Assembly: GCA_001818675.1 (NCBI GenBank) | Contig: MHJF01000011.1 | Location: forward strand, 1-44,596 | Source: Candidatus Harrisonbacteria bacterium RIFCSPHIGHO2_02_FULL_40_20 | GTDB lineage: Bacteria; Patescibacteriota; Minisyncoccia; UBA6257; WO2-44-18 | Direction: 5' to 3' | Length of the DNA: 44,596 nucleotides | In this document: piece by piece, positions 1-8,798 of the stretch | Position numbering within the stretch: the stretch's first letter is position 1 | Layout: each line of letters starts with the position of its first letter | The notes under the pieces: model-generated | Database searches by the model: none | Told to the model about the DNA's origin: nothing | Seen by the model: only the letters and a program-made list of their open reading frames with translations | Made by a program: the position numbers and the translations under genes

Positions 1-72
1 TCGGAGTTTTATTAGTTTTGTTGTCTTTATGGCAGCTTGTCGGCAAAGAAGATAATTTGTCATAATGAGATT

Positions 73-312
73 ATGAAAAGCGTTAAAATTTATTCTACCC
101 CCACTTGCGTTTATTGTAAGATGGCAAAAGATTTTTTTCAGACCCACAATATTACTTATCAAGAATTTAATGTGGCAGAAAACGATCAAGCGAGAGATGA
201 AATGGTAGAGAAATCTCATCAGTTGGGTGTGCCGGTGATTGACATTGATGGAGAAATTTTAGTGGGGTTTAACCGTTCAGAATTGGAGCGGGTTTTAGGT
301 TTAACTAAGTAA
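73..312 (+). CDS. Glutaredoxin-like protein (NrdH-redoxin/YruB family)
   Basis: YSTPTCVYC CxxC motif, then GVPVIDIDGEILVGF. Start moved to ATG 73, 6 nt after a CATAAT -10-like box. Confidence 0.9.
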   Translation: MKSVKIYSTPTCVYCKMAKDFFQTHNITYQEFNVAENDQARDEMVEKSHQLGVPVIDIDGEILVGFNRSELERVLGLTK

Positions 313-323
313 ATTTTAGATTT

Positions 324-392
324 ATGTACGATTTGATTATTATTGGCGGCCCGCCCAATTTTTGGGCGAGGCTCGCCCTACTTAATTTATGA
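324..392 (+). pseudogene. 22-codon remnant copy of the thioredoxin reductase N-terminus (MYDLIIIGGP...)
   Basis: ATG TAC GAT TTG ATT ATT ATT GGC GGC CCG mirrors the trxB start MIYDLIIVGGGP. Its TGA overlaps the trxB ATG. Confidence 0.6.
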
Positions 393-1315
393 TTTATGAT
401 TTAATTATCGTGGGTGGCGGTCCGGCTGCCGTGGCGGCGGGTGTTTATGCCGCAAGAAAAAAGTTAAAAATTTTAGTGATTGCTGGCAAAGATGGTTTTG
501 GCGGGCAATCTTTAGTTTCCGCGGATGTTCAGAATTGGATTGGCACTAAATCAGTTTCTGGCTTTGATTTGGGAAAAATGTTGGAGGAACATCTTCGATC
601 TCAAGATGAGGCGGAGGTTTTAGAAGATTTTGTAATGAAGGTTGAGAAAATGTCCGCGGGCTTTAGGGTACATACAGAGAATGCTAAAGCTTTGGAAACC
701 AAAACAGTTTTGGTGGCCAGTGGAAGCCGGAGGAAAAAATTGGGCGTTTCCGGGGAAAAAGAATTAGATGGCAGGGGAGTAGCCTATTGTTCTACTTGTG
801 ACGCGCCTTTGTTTAAAAATAAAATCGTTGCCGTTGTTGGCGGTGGCAATGCTGGCTTGGAGGCAGTTGTAGATCTTTTATCTTATGCCACTAAGATATA
901 TTTACTGGCGTCTGGAGATAAATTGAAGGGAGATCCTATCACGCAGGAGAAAATTGTTAAGTCTGGTAAAGTAGAAATCATTTTACAAGCAAAGACTTCG
1001 GAGATTTTAGGTGATAAATTTGTGTCCGGTCTTAAATATGATGATGGAATTTCAAAGATAGCAAAGGAATTGAAATTGGATGGAGTATTTGTAGAAATTG
1101 GTTCTGTTTCTAACACTGACTTTGTCAAAGATTTAGTACAAGTTAATAAATATGGCGAGATTATTGTTGATCATAAGACTCAGCGGACTTCTTTAGGGGG
1201 CATTTGGGCTGCCGGCGACGTCACCGATGTTGCCTATAAGCAAAACAATATTTCCGCTGGCGATGCTATAAAGGCGGTTCTGAATATTTACGATTATTTG
1301 AATAAGAATCTGTAA
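389..1315 (+). CDS. trxB: Thioredoxin-disulfide reductase (TrxB / AhpF C-terminal-like)
   Basis: GGGPAA FAD motif, CSTCD redox centre, VVGGGNAG NAD(P)H motif, AAGD motif. Confidence 0.9.
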   Translation: MIYDLIIVGGGPAAVAAGVYAARKKLKILVIAGKDGFGGQSLVSADVQNWIGTKSVSGFDLGKMLEEHLRSQDEAEVLEDFVMKVEKMSAGFRVHTENAKALETKTVLVASGSRRKKLGVSGEKELDGRGVAYCSTCDAPLFKNKIVAVVGGGNAGLEAVVDLLSYATKIYLLASGDKLKGDPITQEKIVKSGKVEIILQAKTSEILGDKFVSGLKYDDGISKIAKELKLDGVFVEIGSVSNTDFVKDLVQVNKYGEIIVDHKTQRTSLGGIWAAGDVTDVAYKQNNISAGDAIKAVLNIYDYLNKNL

Positions 1316-1390
1316 GATTTTAGGCGCGGAATTGGATAGGCGTAGTTTTGACGAATAGAATTAATTTTCTTAAAATTGAATACATCTTTT

Positions 1391-2854
1391 ATGTACGGCC
1401 TAAATAATTGGTTCATAGTTTTGATTGGTGTGGTTATCGCGGTTTTTGGGGCATATGTTGTTCCCACGGATTTTTTGGGTTTGTCTAATTTAGAAGGTGG
1501 CGTTTTGGGTGAAGGAGAATTAGCGGCAGTGATTGATATTGCGAATCCCGATATTTTAGAAGAAGAAGTCGATTTATCTTCTGTTATATCTGATGAAATT
1601 GTTAAAGAAGAAATTGAAAGCGTTGTAGAAATTAAAGAAGAGCTGGCAGAGTCACCAGTTTTACTGGAAACAATTTTAGGGCCGGTTAAGGTAGAAACAG
1701 TTGTTCCGTCTGTAACAGAACTAATTATATCTTTTTGTCTTTTTAATGTTGCTGGCACGCCCAGCCATAAAGATTTAATTATTAATGAGATTGCTTGGAT
1801 GGGCTCTGTAAATAGCGCGAATGACGAATGGATTGAGTTGAAAAATATTTCCGGTCAAGAATTGGATTTATCCGGCTGGCAATTGGTGGATTTGGGCGAG
1901 CAAATTAAAATTCAGCTGGATGGCAAACTTCCGGCTGGCGGATTGTATCTATTAGAGAGAACTGATGATAATTCTTTGCCTTTGGCAGTGGCGGATAAAA
2001 TTTATACTGGCGCTTTAGGTAATGTTGGTGAGGGTTTACGTTTATTTGCTCCGCAATGTGTTTTAGTTGATGAGGTGATGGCGGCGCCGGATTGGCCCGG
2101 AGGCGATTCTTTATACAAAAGAACAGCTGAGAGGACTGCCGCGTTATTATGGCAATTTTCTAGTGAGACTGGCGGGACTCCAAAATTAGAGAATAGCGCT
2201 GGGTTTGTTTTACCTGTTGTAGAAGAGAATAACAGCTCATATCCAACCCCCCCAGATAATCAGGAGCAACCGTTACCTGAGAATAATCAAAATAATCCCG
2301 CGCCCGCAACTAGCAATGTTACCCATATTTTAATCAGCGAAGTTTTATTTGATGTCGAGGGTTCAGATACCGGGAAAGAATTTATTGAGATTTATAATCC
2401 TACGAATCAGGCCGCGGATATTTCTAGCTGGTCTATCCAACATCTTTCCGGCAGCGGCAGTTTAACTAAGAAAAATTTTGAAGCTGGTGATAATATCGCG
2501 CCTAAAAGTTTCTTTTTGATTTGGCTGGGCAGTAATTCGCAAGCAGATATGACGTGGTCTAGCGGCAGTTTAAATAACACCAGCGCCACCATTTATTTGG
2601 TTGATAATCAGGATTTAGTTTCAACCACTACTACGCTAGTTGTGGTTGATACGGTGAATTATGATATTGCCGCTCTTTCCGGGTTTGTTGCCGGTCAGAG
2701 CTTAGAGCGAGAAACTTATTCGGGCAGCTGTGTTTCCGCGCAAGGCAGCAGTGAATATCTTGGTAATGGCTGTGATACCGATAGCGCGTCGGATTTTGAA
2801 TTGCGGGCTATTCCTAATCCACAGAACGCACAAAGTTTGCCAGAGCCGCGTTAA
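1391..2854 (+). CDS. Membrane-anchored protein with two lamin-tail (LTD) domains
   Basis: N-terminal hydrophobic helix. Two 'IINEIAW...EWIELKN' / 'LISEVLF...EFIEIYN' LTD motifs separated by a Pro/Asn/Gln linker. Start uncertain (1376 or 1391). Confidence 0.75.
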   Translation: MYGLNNWFIVLIGVVIAVFGAYVVPTDFLGLSNLEGGVLGEGELAAVIDIANPDILEEEVDLSSVISDEIVKEEIESVVEIKEELAESPVLLETILGPVKVETVVPSVTELIISFCLFNVAGTPSHKDLIINEIAWMGSVNSANDEWIELKNISGQELDLSGWQLVDLGEQIKIQLDGKLPAGGLYLLERTDDNSLPLAVADKIYTGALGNVGEGLRLFAPQCVLVDEVMAAPDWPGGDSLYKRTAERTAALLWQFSSETGGTPKLENSAGFVLPVVEENNSSYPTPPDNQEQPLPENNQNNPAPATSNVTHILISEVLFDVEGSDTGKEFIEIYNPTNQAADISSWSIQHLSGSGSLTKKNFEAGDNIAPKSFFLIWLGSNSQADMTWSSGSLNNTSATIYLVDNQDLVSTTTTLVVVDTVNYDIAALSGFVAGQSLERETYSGSCVSAQGSSEYLGNGCDTDSASDFELRAIPNPQNAQSLPEPR

Positions 2855-2895
2855 TCTTTGATTTGTGATTTGGTGGTATAATATAATTATAAAAA

Positions 2896-5800
2896 ATGCG
2901 TAATAAAGCGTTTCTGAAGATTGTTATTTTAACAGCTTTGTTAACAGCTCCATTTTTTGTTTTCATCCTAAGTCCGCTTGAGGGATTCGCTCAAACGGAA
3001 CAGCTGACCGTTGAAGCTCTGCAAAAACAAATTCAGCAGCTTTTAAACCAAATTCAGGATTTACAAAAACAAGTTGTTAATCTGGAGTTGGAATTGGGTG
3101 TTCAGGAAACCGCGCCCGCCGCTGATACGGCCGCACCCGCTGTTTCTCCATCTTCTTTGCCTATTTTTTTGCGTTCCCTATCTCTTGGTTCAAGGGGAGA
3201 TGACGTGAGAGAATTACAAAAATATTTGGCGCAGGATAAAGCAATTTATCCCGATGGTTTAATTACTGGCTATTTTGGCCCGTTAACCCAGCAAGCGATT
3301 CAAAAATTTCAAAAAAAATATGAAATTGTCAGCTCCGGAACTCCGGAAACTACCGGTTACGGTATTATTGGGCCAAAAACTATTGCTAAGTTTAAAGAAT
3401 TTGTCGAACAAGGATCAGCTGCCACTCCGGCAATACCAGCCACTCCCGCGGTGCCAGGAGTAATTCCGGCTATACCGGCTACTTCAGCAGTACCACCTAG
3501 TTTATCCACTACGACACTCCCAGTAACTATTGTTCCGCCGGTTACTCCGCCGGTTGCGATATCATCTACCACCACCCCTCCAACTGTTACGCCGCCCATA
3601 GTTGAATCTCCAATTTCGCCTACCACGGTTTCTAATCAAGCTGTTCCCGCCTGGGTTCGTTTATTCGGTTCATCTAACTCTTATGGCATAACGATTGATG
3701 GTTTAAATAATATTTATATTGTCGGGGACGCTTCTAGTATGTTGGATGGGCAGATTAATTCGGGTGGCGATGATGCTTTTATTGCTAAATATGACGGCGA
3801 TGGCAATAAGGCTTGGACTCGACTGGCGGGCAGCGTTTATGGCGATTACTTCAAGTCGGCGGCCGTGGATAATTCTAATAACATTTATGCTGTTGGTTTG
3901 ACTTATAAATCTGTTGATGGACAAACTCATTTTGGAAATACCGATGCCTTAATCATTAAATACGATGCCAGCGGCAGTAAACTTTGGACTCGGCAGTTTG
4001 GCGCTTCGCTTAATGACCAACTTTATGGCGCGTCCATTGATGGATCCGGCAATATTTACGCCGCTGGGCTTACGGACACCGCCCTTGATAATCAAACCAA
4101 TGCGGGATTAATGGATGCGTTGTTAGTTAAATATAACAACAGCGGCAGTAAGCTTTGGACCCGACTTTTAGGAGGCTACAGTTATGATAGAGCCGTTGGT
4201 AGTATTGGCGTTGATAGTTCCGGCAATGTTTATATAGCCGGCTGGACGCGTGAAGCTTTAAGCGGCCAAATTGCCAGCGGGTCGGATGATGCTTTTATCG
4301 CTAAATATGACAGTAGTGGTCAGCCGTTGTGGATTAAGCAATGGGGATCAAGTGGCAACGATAATGCGTTTGCTTTAGCTATCAAAGGAAGCAATATTTA
4401 TGTTGTTGGACAGACTAATGGTTCTATAGATTTTCAATCAAGACAAGGCGAGTATGACGCATTTATTTCTCAATATGATTTGAGTGGTAACAGGATTTGG
4501 AGTCGGCAGTTTGGTAGTTCTAATTTTGATAGCGCTAAAGCAGTGGCGATTGATAGTAATGGCAATGCTTATGTCGCGGGAGAAATTGGAGGGGTTTTAG
4601 ATGACCAAACCAATGCCGGAGGGACTGACGCATTTGTAGTTAAATATGACAGTGCTGGGAATAGGATTTGGACTAAATTATACGGTGTAGCCGGATCTGA
4701 CACAGCTAATGGAGTAGCGGTGGATGGCGCCAGCAATGTTTATATCACTGGGAAAACAGTTGGCGGGAATGTTTTTCTAGCAAAATATCCGCAGGTGGAA
4801 ACCGTTGCGGTTGCACCCACGACTACAGTTACGACTACTACAACTCAAACTGCGCCGACAACCACCACGACAACGACTGTCACTACCGGTACCGACACAA
4901 CTCCGCCAATTGTTTCTTTATCCGGATTAAGCGCCACGGTGTCTTATTCCGGCATTAACCCTTTTAATATTACTAGTTCAGACAATGTGGGAGTAATAGG
5001 GATTCAGGTGAAGAAGAACGGCAGTAATTTTGGATCGGAAATTGTAGCCACCAGCACGGCGTCTTTGCCGAGCATCTATGAAATTTCTTGGGATACCACC
5101 AACGAATCTAACGGCTCATATGTTTTTTCAGCAGTTGTGCGAGACGCAGCGGGTAATGTAACCACCGTTTATGCTAATACCGTGACTTTGAATAAAACCT
5201 CTAGCACAACCACATCTTCTACCGCTACCACTGCCACGGATATAATGCCGCCGGTAATTTCTTCAGTAAGTACAATGGATCCGGCCGCTAACAGCGCCAC
5301 CATTATTTGGTTGACTAATGAAGCGGCGGATTCGCAAGTGGAGTATGGTTTGACAACTTCTTATGGAAATTCAACAACAATAAATACTACTTTAAAAACC
5401 GGACAATCTATAGGTTTAACAGGTTTAACATCGGGTAGCACTTACCATTACCGTGTTAAATCTAAAGACGCGTTTGGAAATTTAGCGACGAGTGGCGATT
5501 ATACCTTTATTACTTTATCAGATAGTACTATTCCGTTGCCGCCATCTGGACTGACATTAACATTAGGAAGCAATAGGACAGTTAGTTTGAGCTGGACAAT
5601 ACGCACCTATACGACCTATCAAAAGATTTTGCGGCGCGTTGCCGGCACAACAGCGTATACTCAATTAGTCGAACTTAATGCTTATGAGTATACTTACAGC
5701 GATACTTCTTTACCCTTTTCATCAACAGAAACCACTTATGAATATGCGGTACAAGAATGTTCCTCTGCCGGTTGTTCGTCAAATGCCACCCAGACTATAG

Positions 5801-6537
5801 TTGTGCCAGCTAATACAGTTTCCACTACTGACATCACTCCTCCGGTAATTTCTAATATTCAGGTAACAAATATAACTGCATCAAGCGCAACTGTCACCTG
5901 GACTACTAATGAAGCTTCAAACAGTATCATCAAGTATGAAACAAACTACGCACTTTTATTTCCACAAAGAACAGACGTAGCGGATTTAGTTATTAATCAC
6001 AGTGTGAATCTTAGCGGTTTGACTGCTGGAACAGCTTATTATTACTATGTTCTTTCTATAGATGCTAGCAACAATCATGTCTATAGCGATAATAGAACAT
6101 TTACAACTCTTGCTGCCGCCAGCACTTCCACTGCTACATGCTCCAATTTAACATTTGGACTATCTTCAACATTTAGTGGACCAATAGATAATAAAACCAC
6201 CTACATACTTGGCGAGAACGGCTATGTGACCTATAGTTGCCCTTCAACGGTTTATGTGTGCATGAGAATAATCAATCCCTCTGGGGTAGTAACAAATATT
6301 GGCTGTCACACCGCAACATCCGGTATAGATGGTTTTGGCACTTATTCGGTAGGAAATCATACCGCTCGCGCATGTTATGGCGCTACGGGCACTACGGATT
6401 GCCCGACAATTGCCGCATCTCTACCGTTTACGGTCATTGCTGCATCTGCTAGTAGCGCTGAACAAAGTAGTTTAGCCTTACTGTTGAATATTTTATTTCA
6501 AAAATTGAAGGCGCTTCAGGAATTATTGGGACAATAA
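2896..6537 (+). CDS. Large secreted surface protein: coiled coil, peptidoglycan-binding domain, beta-propeller (SBBP-like) repeats, Ig-like and FN3 domains
   Basis: Signal peptide; 'LSLGSRGDDVRELQKYL...TGYFGPLTQQAIQKFQ' PG-binding motif; repeated 'D..GNIY..G...DAFIAKYD..G...W' blades; 'GSTYHYRVKSKDAFGN' FN3 motifs; Thr-rich linkers. Confidence 0.8.
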   Translation: MRNKAFLKIVILTALLTAPFFVFILSPLEGFAQTEQLTVEALQKQIQQLLNQIQDLQKQVVNLELELGVQETAPAADTAAPAVSPSSLPIFLRSLSLGSRGDDVRELQKYLAQDKAIYPDGLITGYFGPLTQQAIQKFQKKYEIVSSGTPETTGYGIIGPKTIAKFKEFVEQGSAATPAIPATPAVPGVIPAIPATSAVPPSLSTTTLPVTIVPPVTPPVAISSTTTPPTVTPPIVESPISPTTVSNQAVPAWVRLFGSSNSYGITIDGLNNIYIVGDASSMLDGQINSGGDDAFIAKYDGDGNKAWTRLAGSVYGDYFKSAAVDNSNNIYAVGLTYKSVDGQTHFGNTDALIIKYDASGSKLWTRQFGASLNDQLYGASIDGSGNIYAAGLTDTALDNQTNAGLMDALLVKYNNSGSKLWTRLLGGYSYDRAVGSIGVDSSGNVYIAGWTREALSGQIASGSDDAFIAKYDSSGQPLWIKQWGSSGNDNAFALAIKGSNIYVVGQTNGSIDFQSRQGEYDAFISQYDLSGNRIWSRQFGSSNFDSAKAVAIDSNGNAYVAGEIGGVLDDQTNAGGTDAFVVKYDSAGNRIWTKLYGVAGSDTANGVAVDGASNVYITGKTVGGNVFLAKYPQVETVAVAPTTTVTTTTTQTAPTTTTTTTVTTGTDTTPPIVSLSGLSATVSYSGINPFNITSSDNVGVIGIQVKKNGSNFGSEIVATSTASLPSIYEISWDTTNESNGSYVFSAVVRDAAGNVTTVYANTVTLNKTSSTTTSSTATTATDIMPPVISSVSTMDPAANSATIIWLTNEAADSQVEYGLTTSYGNSTTINTTLKTGQSIGLTGLTSGSTYHYRVKSKDAFGNLATSGDYTFITLSDSTIPLPPSGLTLTLGSNRTVSLSWTIRTYTTYQKILRRVAGTTAYTQLVELNAYEYTYSDTSLPFSSTETTYEYAVQECSSAGCSSNATQTIVVPANTVSTTDITPPVISNIQVTNITASSATVTWTTNEASNSIIKYETNYALLFPQRTDVADLVINHSVNLSGLTAGTAYYYYVLSIDASNNHVYSDNRTFTTLAAASTSTATCSNLTFGLSSTFSGPIDNKTTYILGENGYVTYSCPSTVYVCMRIINPSGVVTNIGCHTATSGIDGFGTYSVGNHTARACYGATGTTDCPTIAASLPFTVIAASASSAEQSSLALLLNILFQKLKALQELLGQ

Positions 6538-6558
6538 CTTTTAAGCCTCGTGTGGGAT

Positions 6559-7050
6559 TTACTGACACACCCATTTACAGCTTGTGGATGGCGGCGGAGT
6601 TTTTGACTCTTGAATAGAGTAGGGCGGTTCCTCCGGATTTTTTTCTTCCGGAGCCAGAATTTCCGCGGTTTTTTTGATTATTGCGGTGGTTACTTTATTG
6701 ATCGGGCTTTGTTCTTCATTGGCGTCTTTTATTTTTTCCACGATTTTTTCTATGTTTTCAATTTGTTGGATAATTTCTTTAGTTGAAGGAAGCTGATCAA
6801 GGTTTTTTTCGGAAACTGATTTTTTAAGCTCGGCAATATTGTTTTCTAGCTTAGAGATCAGCGTTTCTCTTCGTTCTGCGGGCGTGTGGATTATCGGGTC
6901 TATGGCTTTCTCAATTTTATTTTCAATCGTGTCCGGAACTATAAAAGATAAAAGCGCTAAAGCTTTTTCTTTGATTCCGACAGGCAGGAAATTAATAACA
7001 ATAATAACTCCGACAGCGACGACGAAGAGTTTAATAAGAATGCTCAACAT
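6559..7050 (-). CDS. Hypothetical membrane-anchored coiled-coil protein
   Basis: N-terminal TM helix ending FLPVG, heptad-rich body; paralogous to 7053..7331. Confidence 0.7.
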   Translation of the reverse strand: MLSILIKLFVVAVGVIIVINFLPVGIKEKALALLSFIVPDTIENKIEKAIDPIIHTPAERRETLISKLENNIAELKKSVSEKNLDQLPSTKEIIQQIENIEKIVEKIKDANEEQSPINKVTTAIIKKTAEILAPEEKNPEEPPYSIQESKTPPPSTSCKWVCQ

Positions 7051-7052
7051 TA

Positions 7053-7331
7053 CTATTTTTGAATTGAGGTTTTAAGTTCGGAAAGTATTCTTTGGGATTC
7101 CGAAATAATGTTTTTTACGGTTGGATCAGAGCTTACTTTATCTTGAAGGTTTTTGAGGTTAGACTCTAGTTGGTTAACTAATTCGGTTTTGGAATCCGAT
7201 GGTTTGGCTACGATGTTTTCTACGGTATCTAAAATTGTTCTGGTTAAGCCATTGGGCAGGAAGTATAAAATAACCAAGACAATGATGGCGAAAATCGCTA
7301 TATTAATAAGTAATCGAATGAGTTTGAACAT
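7053..7331 (-). CDS. Hypothetical membrane-anchored protein, paralog of the downstream ORF
   Basis: TM helix ending FLPNG, then KTELVNQLESNL; TATAAT 6 nt before the ATG on the minus strand. Confidence 0.7.
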   Translation of the reverse strand: MFKLIRLLINIAIFAIIVLVILYFLPNGLTRTILDTVENIVAKPSDSKTELVNQLESNLKNLQDKVSSDPTVKNIISESQRILSELKTSIQK

Positions 7332-7364
7332 GCTTTCATTATATCATATTCATTTTCTTGGAAT

Positions 7365-7395
7365 TAAAAACCCAGCTTCAAAGGCCGGGTTTTAT
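7365..7395. terminator. Intrinsic terminator hairpin downstream of the 7412..7627 orphan
   Basis: taaaaacccagc-ttcaaag-gccgggttttta inverted repeat with A/T tails. Confidence 0.65.
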
Positions 7396-7411
7396 AATTA
7401 ACTATTAGTTT

Positions 7412-7627
7412 CTATTGTTTTATTGGAGAAAGATTTAATTGGACAAGCAAAAATTCGATGTCTTCAATAGCGTGAAGGTATAGTGCGGAGACGGCTTCAT
7501 TTTCTTCGGGATGAAAATCGAAATAATTGTTTTCATGTTCGCGATAGTTCCGGATCCGTTTTTGGATCGCCGCGATTCTAGCGCGCGTTTTTTTCGGCGA
7601 CTTCTGAATAAAGTCGGCTCGCAACAT
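7412..7627 (-). CDS. Small orphan protein (71 aa) with its own promoter and SD
   Basis: AGGAGG (7633-7638, minus strand) 5 nt before ATG 7627; consensus promoter upstream; terminator downstream. Confidence 0.6.
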   Translation of the reverse strand: MLRADFIQKSPKKTRARIAAIQKRIRNYREHENNYFDFHPEENEAVSALYLHAIEDIEFLLVQLNLSPIKQ

Positions 7628-7662
7628 AAACACCTCCTGAATTTGTTTAAGTACCGGTATCT

Positions 7663-7691
7663 ATTGTATATTTTATCTTAAGCTTTGTCAA
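7663..7691 (-). promoter_or_regulatory. Sigma70-type promoter TTGACA-17 nt-TACAAT
   Basis: The minus strand reads TTGACA aagcttaagataaaata TACAAT. Confidence 0.7.
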
Positions 7692-7694
7692 ATT

Positions 7695-8255
7695 ATGATT
7701 ATTATTCTTCATAATATTAGGAGCTTATATAATGTGGGTTCAATTTTTCGGACTGCCGATGCGGCGGGCCCTGTTAGAAATAGCCCACTCCAAAGGCCCT
7801 CCTGGCGCGCTAGCGCGGGCGTAATTTCTAACGGGGCGGGCATAGAGAAATTATATTTATGCGGAATTACTCCAACTCCGATAGATAGGTTTGGGAAATT
7901 GCGACCGCAACTTGGAAAAGTTTCTTTAGGCGCGGAAAAAAGTGTTGCCTGGGAATATTGCAAGTCCATAGCGGCCTTAATTAAAAAATTAAAAAATCCG
8001 TCAGTAGGCGGAGGTTATAAAATTCTGGCAGTTGAGCAGTCTAAAAAATCTATTCCTTATTATAAAGTGGCCCTTCGACAAGTTCAGGGCAAAAATAAGC
8101 TGGCGCTTATTTTTGGCAATGAAGTTCGCGGTTTGCCGCCGTCAGTTTTGAAATTAGCAGACAAGATTTTGGAAATTCCAATGAGGGGCAAAAAGGAATC
8201 ATTGAATGTGGGTGTAGCATTTGGGATAGTGGCATTTCGTTTGCTTTATCCATAA
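7695..8255 (+). CDS. TrmH/SpoU family RNA methyltransferase carrying three in-frame palindromic insertions
   Basis: 'HNIRSLYNVGSIFRTADAAG' and 'FGNEVRGL...EIPMRGKKESLNVGVA' SPOUT motifs. Confidence 0.9.
   Translation: MIIILHNIRSLYNVGSIFRTADAAGPVRNSPLQRPSWRASAGVISNGAGIEKLYLCGITPTPIDRFGKLRPQLGKVSLGAEKSVAWEYCKSIAALIKKLKNPSVGGGYKILAVEQSKKSIPYYKVALRQVQGKNKLALIFGNEVRGLPPSVLKLADKILEIPMRGKKESLNVGVAFGIVAFRLLYP
7770..7835. mobile_element. 66-bp MITE-like element (CCTGTTAGAAAT...ATTTCTAACGGG) with a 6-bp target duplication GCGGGC, in frame in TrmH
   Basis: 12-bp terminal inverted repeat (1 mismatch); GCGGGC at 7764-7769 and 7836-7841; removal restores ADAAGIEK. Confidence 0.8.
7997..8012. repeat. Short palindrome TCCGTCAGTAGGCGGA in frame in TrmH (PSVGG)
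   Basis: Near-identical to TCCGTCAGCTGGCGGA in prfA (21700-21715, minus strand). Confidence 0.65.
8070..8090. repeat. 21-bp repeat GCCCTTCGACAAGTTCAGGGC in frame in TrmH (ALRQVQG)
   Basis: 19/21 identical to 10688-10708; GCCCT/AGGGC terminal stem. Confidence 0.75.
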
Positions 8256-8320
8256 ATTCTTTTCAGAAAACAATTTATTTTCCTCAATTTAAAAGTAAAG
8301 ATTTGGTGTATAATTAAATA

Positions 8321-8776
8321 ATGAAAAGATTTTTTGTTGTTGTTGGGCTTTTTGTCATATTTTTGATTGTTTCTGTTTTGTTTGTATCAGTAAGAGAAAC
8401 AAAAGAAGGGTTAACGGTTAGTAAGGTTAAGATTGGTTTAGCGGCTTTTGATGTGGAGGTGGCAGATACCGCTTTTTTGCAGACTAAGGGGCTTTCGGGC
8501 CGAGAATCATTGCCTAAAAATTACGGCATGCTTTTTATTTTTGATGACTTACAGAAACGCAGTTTTTGGATGAAAGATGTCCAATTTCCATTGGATTTTG
8601 TTTGGATAAGAGATAACAAGGTTGTTGGCATGGTTTATGGGGCAGAACCGGAAGTAGGCGATAATTTAACTATCTATGAATCTCCGGAGCTGGTGGATAT
8701 GGTTTTGGAAGTGAATGCCGGAGAGCTCACTAATTATGGGATTAAGATAGGAGACGCCGTTATTATAAATTTTTAA
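8321..8776 (+). CDS. DUF192 domain protein with an N-terminal membrane anchor
   Basis: 'VEVADT...GLSGRESL...GMLFIF...FWMKDV.FPLD...VLEVNAG' family signature. Confidence 0.85.
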   Translation: MKRFFVVVGLFVIFLIVSVLFVSVRETKEGLTVSKVKIGLAAFDVEVADTAFLQTKGLSGRESLPKNYGMLFIFDDLQKRSFWMKDVQFPLDFVWIRDNKVVGMVYGAEPEVGDNLTIYESPELVDMVLEVNAGELTNYGIKIGDAVIINF

Positions 8777-8798
8777 TTATTAGTATAATAAAGTTATT

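Noticed and set aside
6975-6991. ccgacaggcagg resembling the CCTGCC..GGCAGG palindrome
   Set aside because: Only half the motif is present, and it encodes FLPVG, which is matched by FLPNG in the paralog.
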